DNA of 62,299 nucleotides, filler included, from Sphacelaria rigidula (Eukaryota), in the NCBI GenBank assembly GCA_964200075.2. It is 9 parts of 9 records of this genome, joined end to end, with 100 filler letters (N's around TTAATTAATTAA, not from the genome) between each part and the next. Parts side by side here need not be neighbours in the genome. Positions count along the whole stretch, not along the records: positions 34,670 to 41,502 come from CAXNAA020017855.1; positions 41,603 to 48,435 come from CAXNAA020017856.1; positions 48,536 to 55,367 come from CAXNAA020017857.1; 6 more parts are not named here. The stretch is one strand, 5' to 3'. This document shows positions 37,745 through 50,250 of the stretch, piece after piece (position 1 is the first letter of the stretch; every line of letters begins with the position of its first letter). The notes beneath the pieces are model-generated. The model had not been told where the DNA came from and did no database searches. It saw only the letters and a list, made by a program, of their open reading frames with translations. A program made the translations under genes and the position numbers.

Positions 37745-39790
37745 ATCATCGATGTGAAACATCTAGACTTGATTCATCTTGTATGTATTGAAGATGGGGA
37801 ACATGCATATATGATTCATGCTGCATAAAACGATATTGGGAAACATGTACGCTTGGTTCACCTCGTATGAGTGGAAGGCGGAGAACATATACGTATGATT
37901 CATGCTGCCTGAACGGAAATTGACAAAAGTGTACGTTTGATTCACCCCATATGGATGGAAAGTCAGGAACACGTACTTGTGGTTCATGCTGCATGAATGA
38001 AAAGGGGAGATTCATGTACTCTTGATTCACCTCGTATGAATGGAAGGTGGGAAACATGTACCTATGATTCATGCTGCACGAATGCAAGGCGGAAAACATG
38101 TACATAAATAACGTGATTCATGCTGCATGAATCAGGCGAGAAATACAGGATGTATCTATGATTCATGCCGTATGAATGGAAGGTACGTACTACTGTTGCC
38201 TGTTGTCCGCTGTACAGATTGTGCAGTGCTGTGCTGTGCTGTACTGTACTGTACTGCCCGGTGACTACAGCGAGCGCTCCCGAAGTGTTTGCGAGAACTC
38301 AGGCGAACGTGCAGGGGCGACTCTTGCAGTGTTGGGTGCTGTCTGAAACTGTCTTCGTACTGTTTTATATATTGAGATCAACTGTACGGCAGAACAAAAC
38401 TTGAAACCATACAAGGCTGTCAATAGCTTAGCTCGGGAAAATAAACAGCTTGAAGAATCGCGCTAGGCGCGCAGATGCGTGCTGTGCTGTACCGTATTGT
38501 CTGTGGACTGCCGTGTATGTTGCCGAAGCTTTCCCTGAAACTCCCGCAAACATTCGGGGACAGCTCGTGCTGATGCAGTCTTCTTCACACGTGTTGATGC
38601 TATCGTATACAGTGTATTCAGGTCAACTGTACCACAGAAGACAGCATGAAACCGCAAAGGCTGTCAACGGCATAGCACGGAAAAAATAAATGACCATTAT
38701 TAGAAGAACCGCTCTGGGCACGCAGACGCGTGTGTTGTACTGTAGAATATTCGATGTCTCGTGTTACGTGTGAGTTCAGTGTTTAAAATTGATTTTTTCG
38801 CGGATCTGACTCTGACGGGGTTCGCGACCTGCACGGTCTTATTAACCTACCCCACCAGTAAAAAAGCCGCGCCACCGAGGAGTCGCGCCCCATAAATGGC
38901 GGGCGGGAAACATATTCTCATAAATGATGCATATGAACACAAGGTGGGGAACATGCACACTTGATTAATCTGGTAGGAATGGAAGGTGGGGAACATGTGC
39001 GTACGATTCATGCAGCATGGAAGGGGAAATTGGAAAACATGTAGGCTTGATTCACCTCGTATGAACGGAAGGTGGGAAACATGTACGTAGGATTCATGCT
39101 GCATGGGTGGAGGGGGAGAAACATGTACCAAGTACCTGTGATTCATGACGTATGCAAAGGGTGGGGAACGTGTGCCTATGACTCATGCTGCGTGGATGGA
39201 GCTTTGAGAAGCATGTACCTATGGTTCACACCGTACGAATGGAAGGTGGGAAAGATGTACCTGTGATTCATACCACAAGGAAGGTAGAAAAACAGAAAGT
39301 TGGAACGATTTGGAATTTCTGGGGGGAAATATGTCATATCTCAATGAAATTGAAAATTCTGGTTGCTTCCGTCGAGTATTTTCAACCCTTGTGCCGAGAG
39401 TCCCTGGAAAAAATCGTCTCCAAGCTGGTGAGATTATGCAGGGCACTCCACCACTTGTATGAATAGAAGGTGGGGAACACGTACGTACGATTCATTCAGC
39501 ATGAAGGGGAAATTGGAAAACATGTAGGCTTGATTCACCTCGTATGAACGGAAGGTAGGAAACATGTACGTAGGATTCATGCTGCATGGATGGAGGGGGA
39601 GAAACATGTACCAAAGTACTTGTGATTCATGACGTATGACTGGAAGGTGGGGAACTTGTGCCTATGACTCATGCTGCATGGATGGAGATTGAGAAGCATG
39701 TACCTATGGTTCGCACCGTACGAATGGAAGGTGGGAAAGACCTGTGGTTCATACCACACGAATCGAAGGTAGGAAACGCGTACCTTCGAC
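37745..39790. repeat. 42-bp minisatellite array interrupted by insertions (~38190-38930 and ~39285-39455)
   Basis: Unit ~aacatgtacctatgattcatgctgcatgaatggaaggtggga, with aacat recurring at 37800, 37842 and 37884. Confidence 0.9.
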
Positions 39791-42029
39791 GGTGTACCAC
39801 ACGAATCACGACCTGGGAATATGTACACCTCAAGTAGTATCGCACGAATCACGAACCCAAAACATGTACGAACCACAACTTGTGTACGAATCGTATGATT
39901 GATTTTATGTACGAACGTTGAATATGAGTCACGTCACGATTTTACTCGTCTGATCCGTGCTCATCTTGTTTTTCTTTTCTTTTCTGTTTGTTTGATTACT
40001 TTCCCTTTTTTCCAGTCCTGCTTTCAATCAACCCATTTACTCTACTGTGCTTCCTTGCTTCCTGTGCACGAGCCCGATATGTCATCGTACCAAAAGTCTT
40101 CTTCGGGACTTGAACTTTCATGTACTGCACCCTACCAACAAAACACGAATATACTCCGAAACATGCTTTTAGTCGGATAGCTGACCCAGCTCAAGCCTCA
40201 CCTCAACAAATACGAAGAGGACGAATGCATTGATGATATGTCACCTGGCTTTGGGTAACATATATTCCTTCTTTTTTTTTCGCCCCTCGGGGCTTGAATA
40301 TTTTTTGTGCGGAGGACCACACACAGCGGTTGCGCGGGGTCGAGAGGAGGTATATATCTCTCCTGGGAACCGAGTCATCCTACATCAAGCTGCGCGATAA
40401 CGGATTGCATTGATTAACTGATTGGTTTGTGAACGAAGCTTCGCTAGGGGGTGAGGCAGTAGAGTTATGGGTTCCGAAGAAGAATGTTGTCGTGCCCCAC
40501 TGCCGAAGGATCTCCAAAGCGTGGCGTGATTTTTTTCTCTTCTTGTTTGAGGCAAGGATTTGGCCGTGACCGATGGCAAGCAAGAAAAACAACTGAACGA
40601 GCCGGTACGGTAGTACCGGCAACGCTCAACCAGGCTCCATGCGGTGGCTTCATTATTCCGAGCTCTTTCTACCGGAGACCCCGTTGCCTAGGTTGCCAAA
40701 GATTCAGTTTCATAGGTTTGAATGTTTCGAGTCCGCTCGTGCATGTCACTAGGGGACCCCGTTCCTGAGACTGTTTCTCCGGCTTACATGTGTATTCTGG
40801 TGTTCAATACGCTCATACATATATGGTCTCCACAGATTGATGGATTGACTCATTGATTCCCGCTTGAAGTGACCCCCGAGGGACCGAGCCGTGGTGATAA
40901 CATGAGCGTACGTACGTAAGGCGAACGAATAGAAAAACAATGGCAACATATTTTACATCGTCAAAAAGTGTACTGCGTACGGACAGTATTGGCTGTTGTT
41001 TCAATTGCAACAGACAATAATTTCCATACTGTACGCAGTACACTTTTTGACATTGTGCAACCATTTGTTGTCCAGGGTGTGAAATGCTCGCACGAAACAA
41101 AAGCAAAAGATGAGGGGAGAAAAAAAAACGGACAAAAAAGGAGCAGATAAACGGAATGGGTGAGAACCAGAAAAGCGCTGAAAACATACTTGAAAACAAA
41201 CCAAAACCAAAACCATACCAACCAAGCAGAGAAGAAAAATGGGGGGGAAGATTCCCTTCATAGAGGTTACTCGGTTCGTAGAAGTTACTCTTATTGGGAT
41301 GATCCGGAGTCGTGGAACCTCAGGAACTTGCTCTTTTCATCACTTTTTTATTATTTATGATTTTCGTTTTTTTTTTCTTCATTTTTTTCGTTTTTTTTTT
41401 TTTTTTTTCATTTTTTTTTTTTTTGGGGTGTGGGCCGTAGGGTCGTAGATATCTTTTTTTTTTTTTCGCTTGATCCTTTTTGGGTTTTTCAAGGTCAAGT
41501 AANNNNNNNNNNNNNNNNNNNNNNNNNNNNNNNNNNNNNNNNNNNNTTAATTAATTAANNNNNNNNNNNNNNNNNNNNNNNNNNNNNNNNNNNNNNNNNN
41601 NNCCGCGGTGTTGGTAGTCCATCTGGACCACGTGTACTTTTTCCAAGTGAATATTGATGCCGATTCAGCAGGTGACCTACTCTCGCGGTCTGACGATTAA
41701 GTCCTCTTGCGGAGTTTGGGGGGGGGGAGATACTTTCGCTCTGTGTTACTCTTTCGTATCTTCCCTGCAATAGAGAAATGTGACTTCAGCCCCATTTTAG
41801 TGTTGAACCCCAAAATGTAAAATCGGCTGTTGTCTGTGTTACCATCATATGCCAGCAGTAAGCAAATCAGCACCTGCACCATCCTCCAACGACAGCAATG
41901 ACGATATGCCCGATCGCACACTCAACGTACTAAGACAGCTCGAAGCGTACCAAATGGGTCCGCATGACGATCAAGAACGCAGGGAGGGCAGAACGCGAGC
42001 ATAAACTCGAGCGCTGAACCAGCAACAAG

Positions 42030-43490
42030 CGACGGGTTTGTTGGCTTCGCTGAGACCCATCAGTGCGGGCCAAACCTTGCGCGCGCTGATTGCTGAGCGG
42101 AAAACGCTGAAACTGCCGCCCGAGATACCCGCAGGACCTGCCAAGGACGTCGAGCCACAGCCAACAACGATGACCGAAGCCCGCGCCTCTGCACATGCTG
42201 ACCTCTGGGAGGGGGCTATGAGTTTAGAGTTCGAGGGATTGCTTGCAACAGGAACTTTTACCCCAGTAGGATCGGTTCCAGAGGGGAGTAACACAGTGAA
42301 CGCTACATGGGGTTTTATGTGGAAAACCAATGCCAACGGCGAAATCTTGAAGGCAAAGGCTAGGCTTGTAGCAAAAGGATGTAGTCGACGGTATCAGATT
42401 GATTTCGTTGAGGTATTTTCACCTACTGCGAATGCTGCATTAATTTGTCTCCTCACAGCGTTAGCAAACACGTATGGATGGGATCTTAGTAGTTTCGATA
42501 TAGAGCAGGCGTTCATTCAGTCGGACTTGGACAATGAGATATACATAAGGCTGCCCAAAGGTTGCGGATCAATGCCAGGAAAAATTGTTCGCCTCAACAG
42601 ATCCATATATGGCCTAAAACAGGGTGCATGACAATTTTAGAAACTGTTGGGGTCGAAACTTGAAAAAAATGATTTCGAGCAGTGTCTGTCGGATCCATGC
42701 ATATTGCGATTGCTAGGAGATGGTGATTTGGTAGGAGTAATCGTTTTGCATGTGGATTGCATCATTTTGGGAGGGGGAGGGGGGTGTACTCATTTGATGC
42801 TTGCCTTAGTCGTTTGACCATTGACCGCGCATCCCTTTCGAGACGGAGCATCATTTTGGGGAGGACAAACAGTGTCAGCAAAATGGTGGTTGAAGCACTG
42901 GATGACACGCTACCAATAAAGCACCTAGGATATATCACGTAGTACATGGGGATAGAGTACAAGCGCGACAAAGAAAACGGAATCATTGAATGATCGCAAA
43001 CAAGTTTCATTAGAAGTGTGCTTGAAAGTTATGATATTCCCGGCTCCAGCTCTCTTCCCGCTTCTACATCCGTGAAGCTAAGGCCCGTGAATGATGATAA
43101 GGATGCCAAGGATGTGCCTTTCCACGAAATGGTGGGGCGTTTGATGTTAATCGTCAATCAAACTAGGCCTGACATCTCCAACGCAGTGAGGGCTGTGGCG
43201 CGACACTCTCACGACCCGAAGGGAACTCATTGGAAGGCAGTATGAAATATTTTCGAGTACCTTCATGCAATGGCACACCTAGGGCTTACATATGGTGTAG
43301 GATTTGACCTAAATGTAAGAACGACAATATATATAGACGCGGACTACGGAAAGGATGATGCGGCGAGGAGATCGACATCCGGAGGTGGGGTTTTATGCGG
43401 TACATCACCGGTGGTAGCAGGGTATTTTAGGACACAGAAGAGTGCTACGTTGCCGACTACCGAAGCTGAATACGTAGCTATGGGGGATCC
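42030..43490 (+). pseudogene. Degenerate Ty1/Copia pol fragment (RT and RNase H)
   Basis: KAKARLVAKG, FDIEQAFIQSDL, SIYGLKQGA, HVDCII (YVDD position), TRPDISNAV, DADY..RRSTSG and TTEAEYVAM, with multiple in-frame stops. Confidence 0.95.
42772..42850 (-). mobile_element. Short C-tailed element inserted in the Copia RT with a 13-bp target-site duplication
   Basis: gcatcattttggg occurs at 42759-42771 and 42848-42860. Removing the insert restores HVDCIILGRTN. Confidence 0.88.
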
Positions 43491-44877
43491 CGGAGACAGG
43501 CTGAGTACTGTTCAGCAAACAGTAGTGTATGGCAGAGCTTGAACCAGTGGTTATAAGACCACTTGCTTCTGCAGCTCAAAATGAGAGACGATGAGGCAAA
43601 TGGTTGATTGGGCTCTTCACTCGGCCAAGATAAAACAGAGCGCACAGTCTCTTCTCAAAGTAGATAACGGAAGGTGGTGAAGGAGAGTGATTGCATGTGC
43701 GTAGTCAAGTTGACCAAGGTCAGCTCACTCAATCCTTGAAACAAAAACAGAATCTCAACACGTGCGTGAGGCTAAAACGCATCCTCAACATCGACGCGCT
43801 GATCTGCCAGCTCATAGGCTAGATTCACTACAAGCTACGGGATCTAGTTACCTTAATACAGTATACTACTTACAAACAATGGCAGCACACTGTTGTATCC
43901 TACGAGCATACGCGGCAAAGCACGGAAGATATTTATCATCAAGGATCCACATGAAATGGCACTACAGTACGGGGTTCATAACGTTGTTGAACCGCTGTAA
44001 GTTGTACCGCTATTTGCTACTAAGTCGAAACCCAAAATACGGAAACTTACAGCCAGATTTTAATATGTGTGTCAATTTTCCAAGATTGTGGAACACACCT
44101 CTTTGCAGTGACACATAAGAGATTGATTCCACACATGTATGAAGAACGAGCGTATGCGGGTACAAGATAGGAACGATCCAAAAAGACCAGATTACCGGGA
44201 CCCTGTAACGCCAACGATACTAGACAACTCGGGGCCATGCCAGCAAGAGTGACTGCTGCCGAGATAGCCCCCCCCCCCCCAAACCGGCCAAAAAAGTGCA
44301 CGGAGGCGATGATCATAAATGCCGTTAGAGCTGGTTTCGTTTTGTACGACGCGACTCATTTGGGCATTATAGCTGATTTTGGACTGCTACACGCCTCTCA
44401 TGTGTGCGAAATTGCTGCAAACGAGCCCAATAGTGGGATCGCAGCCGGTTTGTCGGACGGGCTCCGGTGCACTTTCTCCTGTGATATCAGGACGGCCCGA
44501 CATCCCCCGAAGAACTAGTCGCCCCCCGGCGACCACATCTCGTCTGACCCACTTCTTGCCTACGTATCACATGAGGAAATCATCGCCAACCTCGAAGCTC
44601 CTTCGGCATGAGGACGACGCCTCCAACGACAGTCTCCCCCGTGGGTCTCTGTCTACGCTAGCGATACACCTGCCTCACATTGACGATACCAGAAAAAAAA
44701 CTCAGGCGAGACAGGCCATAGAACTAAAAAAGACTAGAACGAGAAGCGACTGCTCCCCAACACCGAAAGCACTAGGATCCTCCAAGGAACGCTACCGGTG
44801 CAGGTGAAACGTATGGGTCATGTGCATAATTATTCGAGTTGAGAGATTATTGGAGTAATGTGTTTGGGTGAACTCGA

Positions 44878-45056
44878 AATAAGCCCCCCCAGGGTGCATT
44901 ATACGTCACCCGTATGGCTAATCAAGCAGCGAAACGCGAAATAAGACTCCTCAGTGTACCTTATATGTCACCTGTAGGGCTAGTCAAAAAGCGAAACGCG
45001 AAATTAGTCTCATTAGCGTGCATTATGACACCAGAATGGCTAATCAAACGGCGAAG
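44878..45056. repeat. ~61-bp tandem repeat (3 copies), possibly within a Gypsy LTR/UTR
   Basis: aataag..c..ag.gtgc.ttata.gtcacc.gta.ggcta.tcaa...gcgaaacgcga repeated. Confidence 0.8.
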
Positions 45057-45739
45057 CCACACTTATCAACCGACCTTTCACTAGCGTAGTGGAAGAGAGG
45101 CACATCAACTAATCAAGCAGGCCGACCTCTGAAAACATGGTGACTCGTAATAGCATTTACAAAATAAATTACACATCCTGCGAATGCAATACCTTGTCAT
45201 TCCGTACCATTTAGCGAGCGAAAGAAGGAGGTGTATGGGACGGTCTTGTCGCACCCCATCTCACAAGTTGAGAGGCGTTGAAAACTACAGGCAGTCCAAT
45301 ATTTCATACCTCAGCACGCATGCAATGGAGAAAAGTGTCACCCGTCTGGTAAAAAATATCGGAGAGGAGCGGTTTTCCTAGTCAGTACAATAACTCCTCC
45401 AGGGAGGCACCAAAATAGCCCCCAGTTGTGACGCGAAAGTACATGCTAGGATAAAGCAGAAGTTGAGCAAGAGCACGATAAGAGTTGGTTTCTAAGCAGC
45501 CTTTATAACAACCATCGAAAAAGCGATACACCGGACAAGAGTCCATCATCGTCGAAAATGAAGCTCAACTTGGTGAGGCTCATAGAATGCCACATTCTGC
45601 GCCGTACCCCAACGAATCGGTAACGTTACATTCCAAGTTGCCATATGTTGAACAATTTTATAAGCAATGGCTGTTGATTCCAAATTGGAACTGCCAATGA
45701 TCCCTTGAAAAGATCATCCAGTCGCATCTAGGTTAGAGT

Positions 45740-47940
45740 CGCAGCCAGAGTAAGTGGCACACCGGCTGAAAAAATCACAATCGATCCCGCAGCAGAAGTA
45801 CTATGTATGAGCAAAAGTTCATAGATGAACACCCGGCAATAATTGCAGCTGATATGAAACAAGAACCGCCAGGGTCCATTGATGTCAGAAGCGCGGACAG
45901 TTCCCCCATGAAAATCTTGGGTTTCATTCGTTTCGAGCTTACGTTGGGGATAAAAATCCTTCCAGTGGAACGTTTGTACTACCCAATGGGGCCGGGTTGT
46001 TTATTACTAGACGATTCCAATATGAGTGCTTTCAAAGCTATACTCGACTGGCAGGCGGAAAACTTATATTCAGTGATTTCCGTAGAATAATCAAAGTACC
46101 ACATCGCAAATATCAGGGTCCATAAGATGTAACACACTCCGAAACAGCACCTTGTTCTGTATAGTTCGTGTGAAATGCTTCAACGCCCCCGTTCTGGTTT
46201 GTCTCTGAAAAACAAATGCAGTGGGCCACCGCAATGGCAGTATTAAACAGCCTGGATCCGTTTTTGAGGTTCAACATTTGGGTAAGGTTCAACTCGGAAA
46301 CAGTGTTTCCCCTGACCTGAAGTCATGACCAATGGATTTCATGTGGACGACCTCATACCCCCCGACCTCCCTAAAACTCTTTCCGGGGGTTGCCCGTCTT
46401 CCGTGGCCCCGAAGCGTATATGCGAAAGCACCAATTTCGGGTTGAACACGTTCCCTTTTCCGCCCTGATATCGAGGCAAAAAGGTGCTTTCGCACACACG
46501 CTTTGGGAACACGGAAGACGGGCAACCCCAAAAAATAGTTTCAAGAAGATGGGGGGGTATGAGGTCATCCATATGACATTCATTGATCATGAATATAGGT
46601 CAGAGAAAGCACTGTTTTCGAGTTGAACCTCACCCGAATTTTCAACCTCAAAAACGGATCCAGGCTGTTATTAGTCGAAACGGAAAATCGCCCATCGACG
46701 ACGGCAGCAGCTGTCGTAGAGCCACACATAATAACCAAGGAAGACATTCGATCGCCTGATGTGTCCCAAGTACCCACGCGCATCATTGTTGCAAAAACAG
46801 TATGCATGTGGTCGGCACGAATAAGATGGCAATGGTACAAACCACCAACCCGTCGAGCCGACATGTAAAGCTGAAACGCAATACGACTGTAGGCTATATC
46901 ACCCCGGTACAGGAGACAAAAACGGGAGAAAGTTCATGTCATTCTGGACACCCTCTCGCGATTGCTCGCGTTTGAAGAGCGACAAAAAGATGAAATCGCG
47001 CCGTTGCTCACACGAATATGTCGTAACGTGCCAGAAGACCCTGCGCTGCAAAGTGCTGAACCACAGCATCGATTTCAAATATAAGCACTGGAGCACGGAT
47101 CCTACATCCAAAAGATCACGAAAGAAGATGCTCCTATACCAGAAAAGGAATCGATCACATCGATGTCACATTACTCACGACATGATAATGTCCCAACTAA
47201 ATCGTACTTGCCTGGACACTTGGAAAAAAGAAGCACAGTCCGTGACCAACTTGTGCTACCTAAGACCTTGGTGGGCCTTGTGCTACACTCATCCCACGAC
47301 CATGCATTGTCCGGAGGCCACCTAGAATTCAAGCGAACTTACGACAAGATCTGACCGAAGTACTATTGGCCATCAATTAGCCGCGATATGAAGGATTGAT
47401 GGTTAATATGTCAAAGTTGCCAACGCCGAAAGACGCCCCACGGGCAAAAATTGCCAATGGGACATGTTCCAGTAGGAAGACCACACGAAAGAGTGTCGGT
47501 TGACCTGGTCAGGTACAAAACGGCTTCGATGCCAAACGCTGGAGTCTACGCAAATATGTACTGTCCGTAATGGACCACCTCACAATATATGCTTTGCTCA
47601 CTCCGGTACAGAGTAAGCAGGCCACGTCAATAGCCCAAACTCTTATCGACAGAGATTGACTACACTTGGCATTCCGGACTCGCGGCATTCTGATCAAGGA
47701 GCCGAATTTTTGAACAAGCTAACATACGCACTGCAACACGAGCTGGGTTTCAATGAAACTCGCACGACACCGTTACGCCCGCAAGATAATTCAGTGTCGG
47801 AACGGATCCACTCCCCTATCCACGCGATATTAGCTATGCATATGTCAGTTAGAAACAAAAATTGGGCATTCATGCTTCCGTTCATCCAAATGGCGTACGA
47901 CACATCCTATCACAATACTGTACAGGAGACACCATATTAG
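45740..47940 (+). pseudogene. Degenerate Ty3/Gypsy pol fragment (protease, end of RNase H, integrase)
   Basis: Retropepsin-like RSADSSPMKILGFIRFELTLG..LLLD..AILDW; HVILDTLSR; integrase HHCC (HDHALSGGHL...CQSCQRRK); core SDQGAEF..RPQDNSVSERIH..NWAFMLPFIQMAY. Stops and frameshifts are present. Confidence 0.92.
46246..46669. mobile_element. Foldback element, 424 bp, with a 4-bp ATTA target duplication, nested in the Gypsy remnant
   Basis: aacagcctggatccgtttttgaggtt...aacctcaaaaacggatccaggctgtt, with atta at 46242-46245 and 46670-46673. Confidence 0.92.
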
Positions 47941-48836
47941 AGGTAAATGTCCCAGTGAATGTACGCTTAAGGCACCTGACGGGAAAACCTCTGGTCTGTG
48001 GGAACCACGACACGTAAAGCAATGCCCAGACTATTCGGAAAGAAAAAATTGAATTCTCTATCATCCAAGCCTTTCAAAATTGAAAAATAGTCAAATCAAG
48101 TTGCCGGAGTAGATGTGGAGTATGGCTCTATTGACGTCATCAATGCGGCCAAAACACCCTCTGTTTCATCACGGTACACTTTACGCAGCAGTTCATTTCT
48201 CGCGACCCTAGACGTCTCAGACCTTCTCCTTTGGTACAAATATTTATAATATTAGTGCGGTCTATTGTAAAGACCGAAAAGGGAAGAGAAACAAAATGCG
48301 GGGATAAAAATCGCCTATCCCCTGGTTTTCGGAACAAAATTTCGCCGTTGAGTCGATGTTTGGCAACGCCATGAGCCATCCTACGATAGGGGTGGGGGTA
48401 TTTTGGGACATTTGTTGCTCGAAATTTCGAGTCAGNNNNNNNNNNNNNNNNNNNNNNNNNNNNNNNNNNNNNNNNNNNNTTAATTAATTAANNNNNNNNN
48501 NNNNNNNNNNNNNNNNNNNNNNNNNNNNNNNNNNNGGCGAGTCGCATGAAGGGCGAGCTGCACCCTGCCAAGATTGTTCGGCTCGAAGCCTGCTAATCAT
48601 CTTGCATCTGGATGACAGCCTCCAATGAGTTGCTTCATTTTCTGGTATCGCCACTTCCAGAGACAGCCACGCGGGGGGGGCGGGGTCACCGGTGAGGCCT
48701 AGATTGCTTGCAGCATAAAACAACCAGAACTGACAAGAAAACCTCCCTCGAATTCTACATGTTTACCCCCAACTCCGCCCCCCTTCGCCCCTTCACGCGG
48801 CCGCCGCCCCCCCTGCTGTTGCCGCTTTCTCTGTAG

Positions 48837-49037
48837 ATCTTGATGTCGTCTCGCTGGTATGGGATGCCTGGCGAGTACTCGGTCCGCAAGGGACGGATGA
48901 GCACGGTGGGTGTCCTGGTGTACCTGGACGGCTCCCGCTCCTTCCGCTCGTGGGATGGCGACATGGTCCGTGCTCTGGTGTCTTTCAGCGTGGACGGCCG
49001 CCTGGTGCGCGTTAATACCCCCACAACCACCGCCTCA

Positions 49038-49085
<48 letters not shown>

Positions 49086-49805
49086 ACCGCTGCCCAATAT
49101 TCGTATCACCACCCTCACGATCAGCTTCACCGGGCTCCCACGGGTGGTGGCAGCCGAAGCGCCGGCGGCGGTGAACACTACCCCATCACGGGGATCGATA
49201 CTGTGGAGCACAGCGTGGTCAACAACCACGGCGGCAGAAACGCAGTTACCAGCAATGTACTCGCCAGCAACGCTCCTTTCGATGTTGAAACCTCGAGTTT
49301 AGCGGCCCAACAGCCGACCGCCCTGCCGTCTCAGCAGTCCTTGCCAACCCTTCCCCCCCAACAGCAACGACAGCCTGCCGCTTCTGCAACGCGTTCCGTC
49401 CCCACGACACTTGGCGCCACCGCCGCTGTCACCGCTGCCGATGGCGGGGGATCGATGGGCGGGTTGGTCGCCTCATCAGGCGTCTCAGCCGGCCTGCCAG
49501 GAGACGTGGTAGAGCCGACGACCTCTTCATCTGAAGAAGTGCCTCCATGGGAACCAACCGCAACTGCCTTGACACCGTTAACGGCAGAAGGGTCGTTGTC
49601 GAGTGCTGGGTGTGGACTTGTAGGGAGGGGAGCGGTTGCGGTGGGCGGTGGTGTCCCCGTGAATCCGCCGGGAGCAGTGCCATCTGGGGGTGGGGTCGCA
49701 GGTGGGGGTGCGGGCGGGAAGGGAGCTGAAACGGCCTTGGGGCTGGCGCTGCCGAAGGACAGAGACTTGTTCCCGACGATCACCATTCACAGTTCGAACA
49801 CGGAG
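48837..49805 (+). CDS. SPRY/B30.2-like domain protein, penultimate exon with a long low-complexity insertion
   Basis: ctgtag|ATC...GAG|gtacgc, 969 nt, phase 0-0. Contains the SPRY-type strands STVGVLVYLD, VSFSVDG and LFPTITIHS. (GCT)n poly-Ala at ~49040-49085. Confidence 0.85.
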
Positions 49806-50136
49806 GTACGCGATTTTTCTCCGGCTTCGTTGCTTCAATTCTGAAGGTTATATTTCGTCGCGTGTACTTGCCACATCACATATTGCCTGGGCGTTTGCCT
49901 CCTCCCCGAGCGTGTGGTTACCTGCAGGTCCGTGTGCTCCGTGGTTTGTCCTCATGTTGGTCTTTGAGCGCCGTCCTCAGGTTCCCCGTGTGTCTTGCGT
50001 TTTCACCCCGGAAGCGTTTCAATATCCCCCCGACGAAATACCGCCGCAATATACTATTTTTTGCTGACCCCTCTAAGCCCTGTTTTATATCCTCTGCCCA
50101 TCCCTTGCACGTGGTCTTCCCAATGCCCATTCTCAG

Positions 50137-50250
50137 ACGCTGTGCCGTTTCTGTGCAGAAGACCTTTTGCCGCTTACGCGGGAGAGTATCGGTGCCCCGC
50201 CTGGCGTTCCCGTGTACGCTCTTGACGGTAGCCTGATCAAATTTCCCTAG
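50137..50250 (+). CDS. Terminal exon of the SPRY-like protein
   Basis: ttctcag|ACG...TAG translating TLCRFCAEDLLPLTRESIGAPPGVPVYALDGSLIKFP*. In frame with the previous exon and supplies the final SPRY-type strand. Confidence 0.82.
   Translation, partial: TLCRFCAEDLLPLTRESIGAPPGVPVYALDGSLIKFP

Noticed and set aside
40552..40604. Candidate third exon for the 34.8-37.4 kb gene
   Set aside because: It has a rare GAG acceptor and an ambiguous frame, with no independent support.
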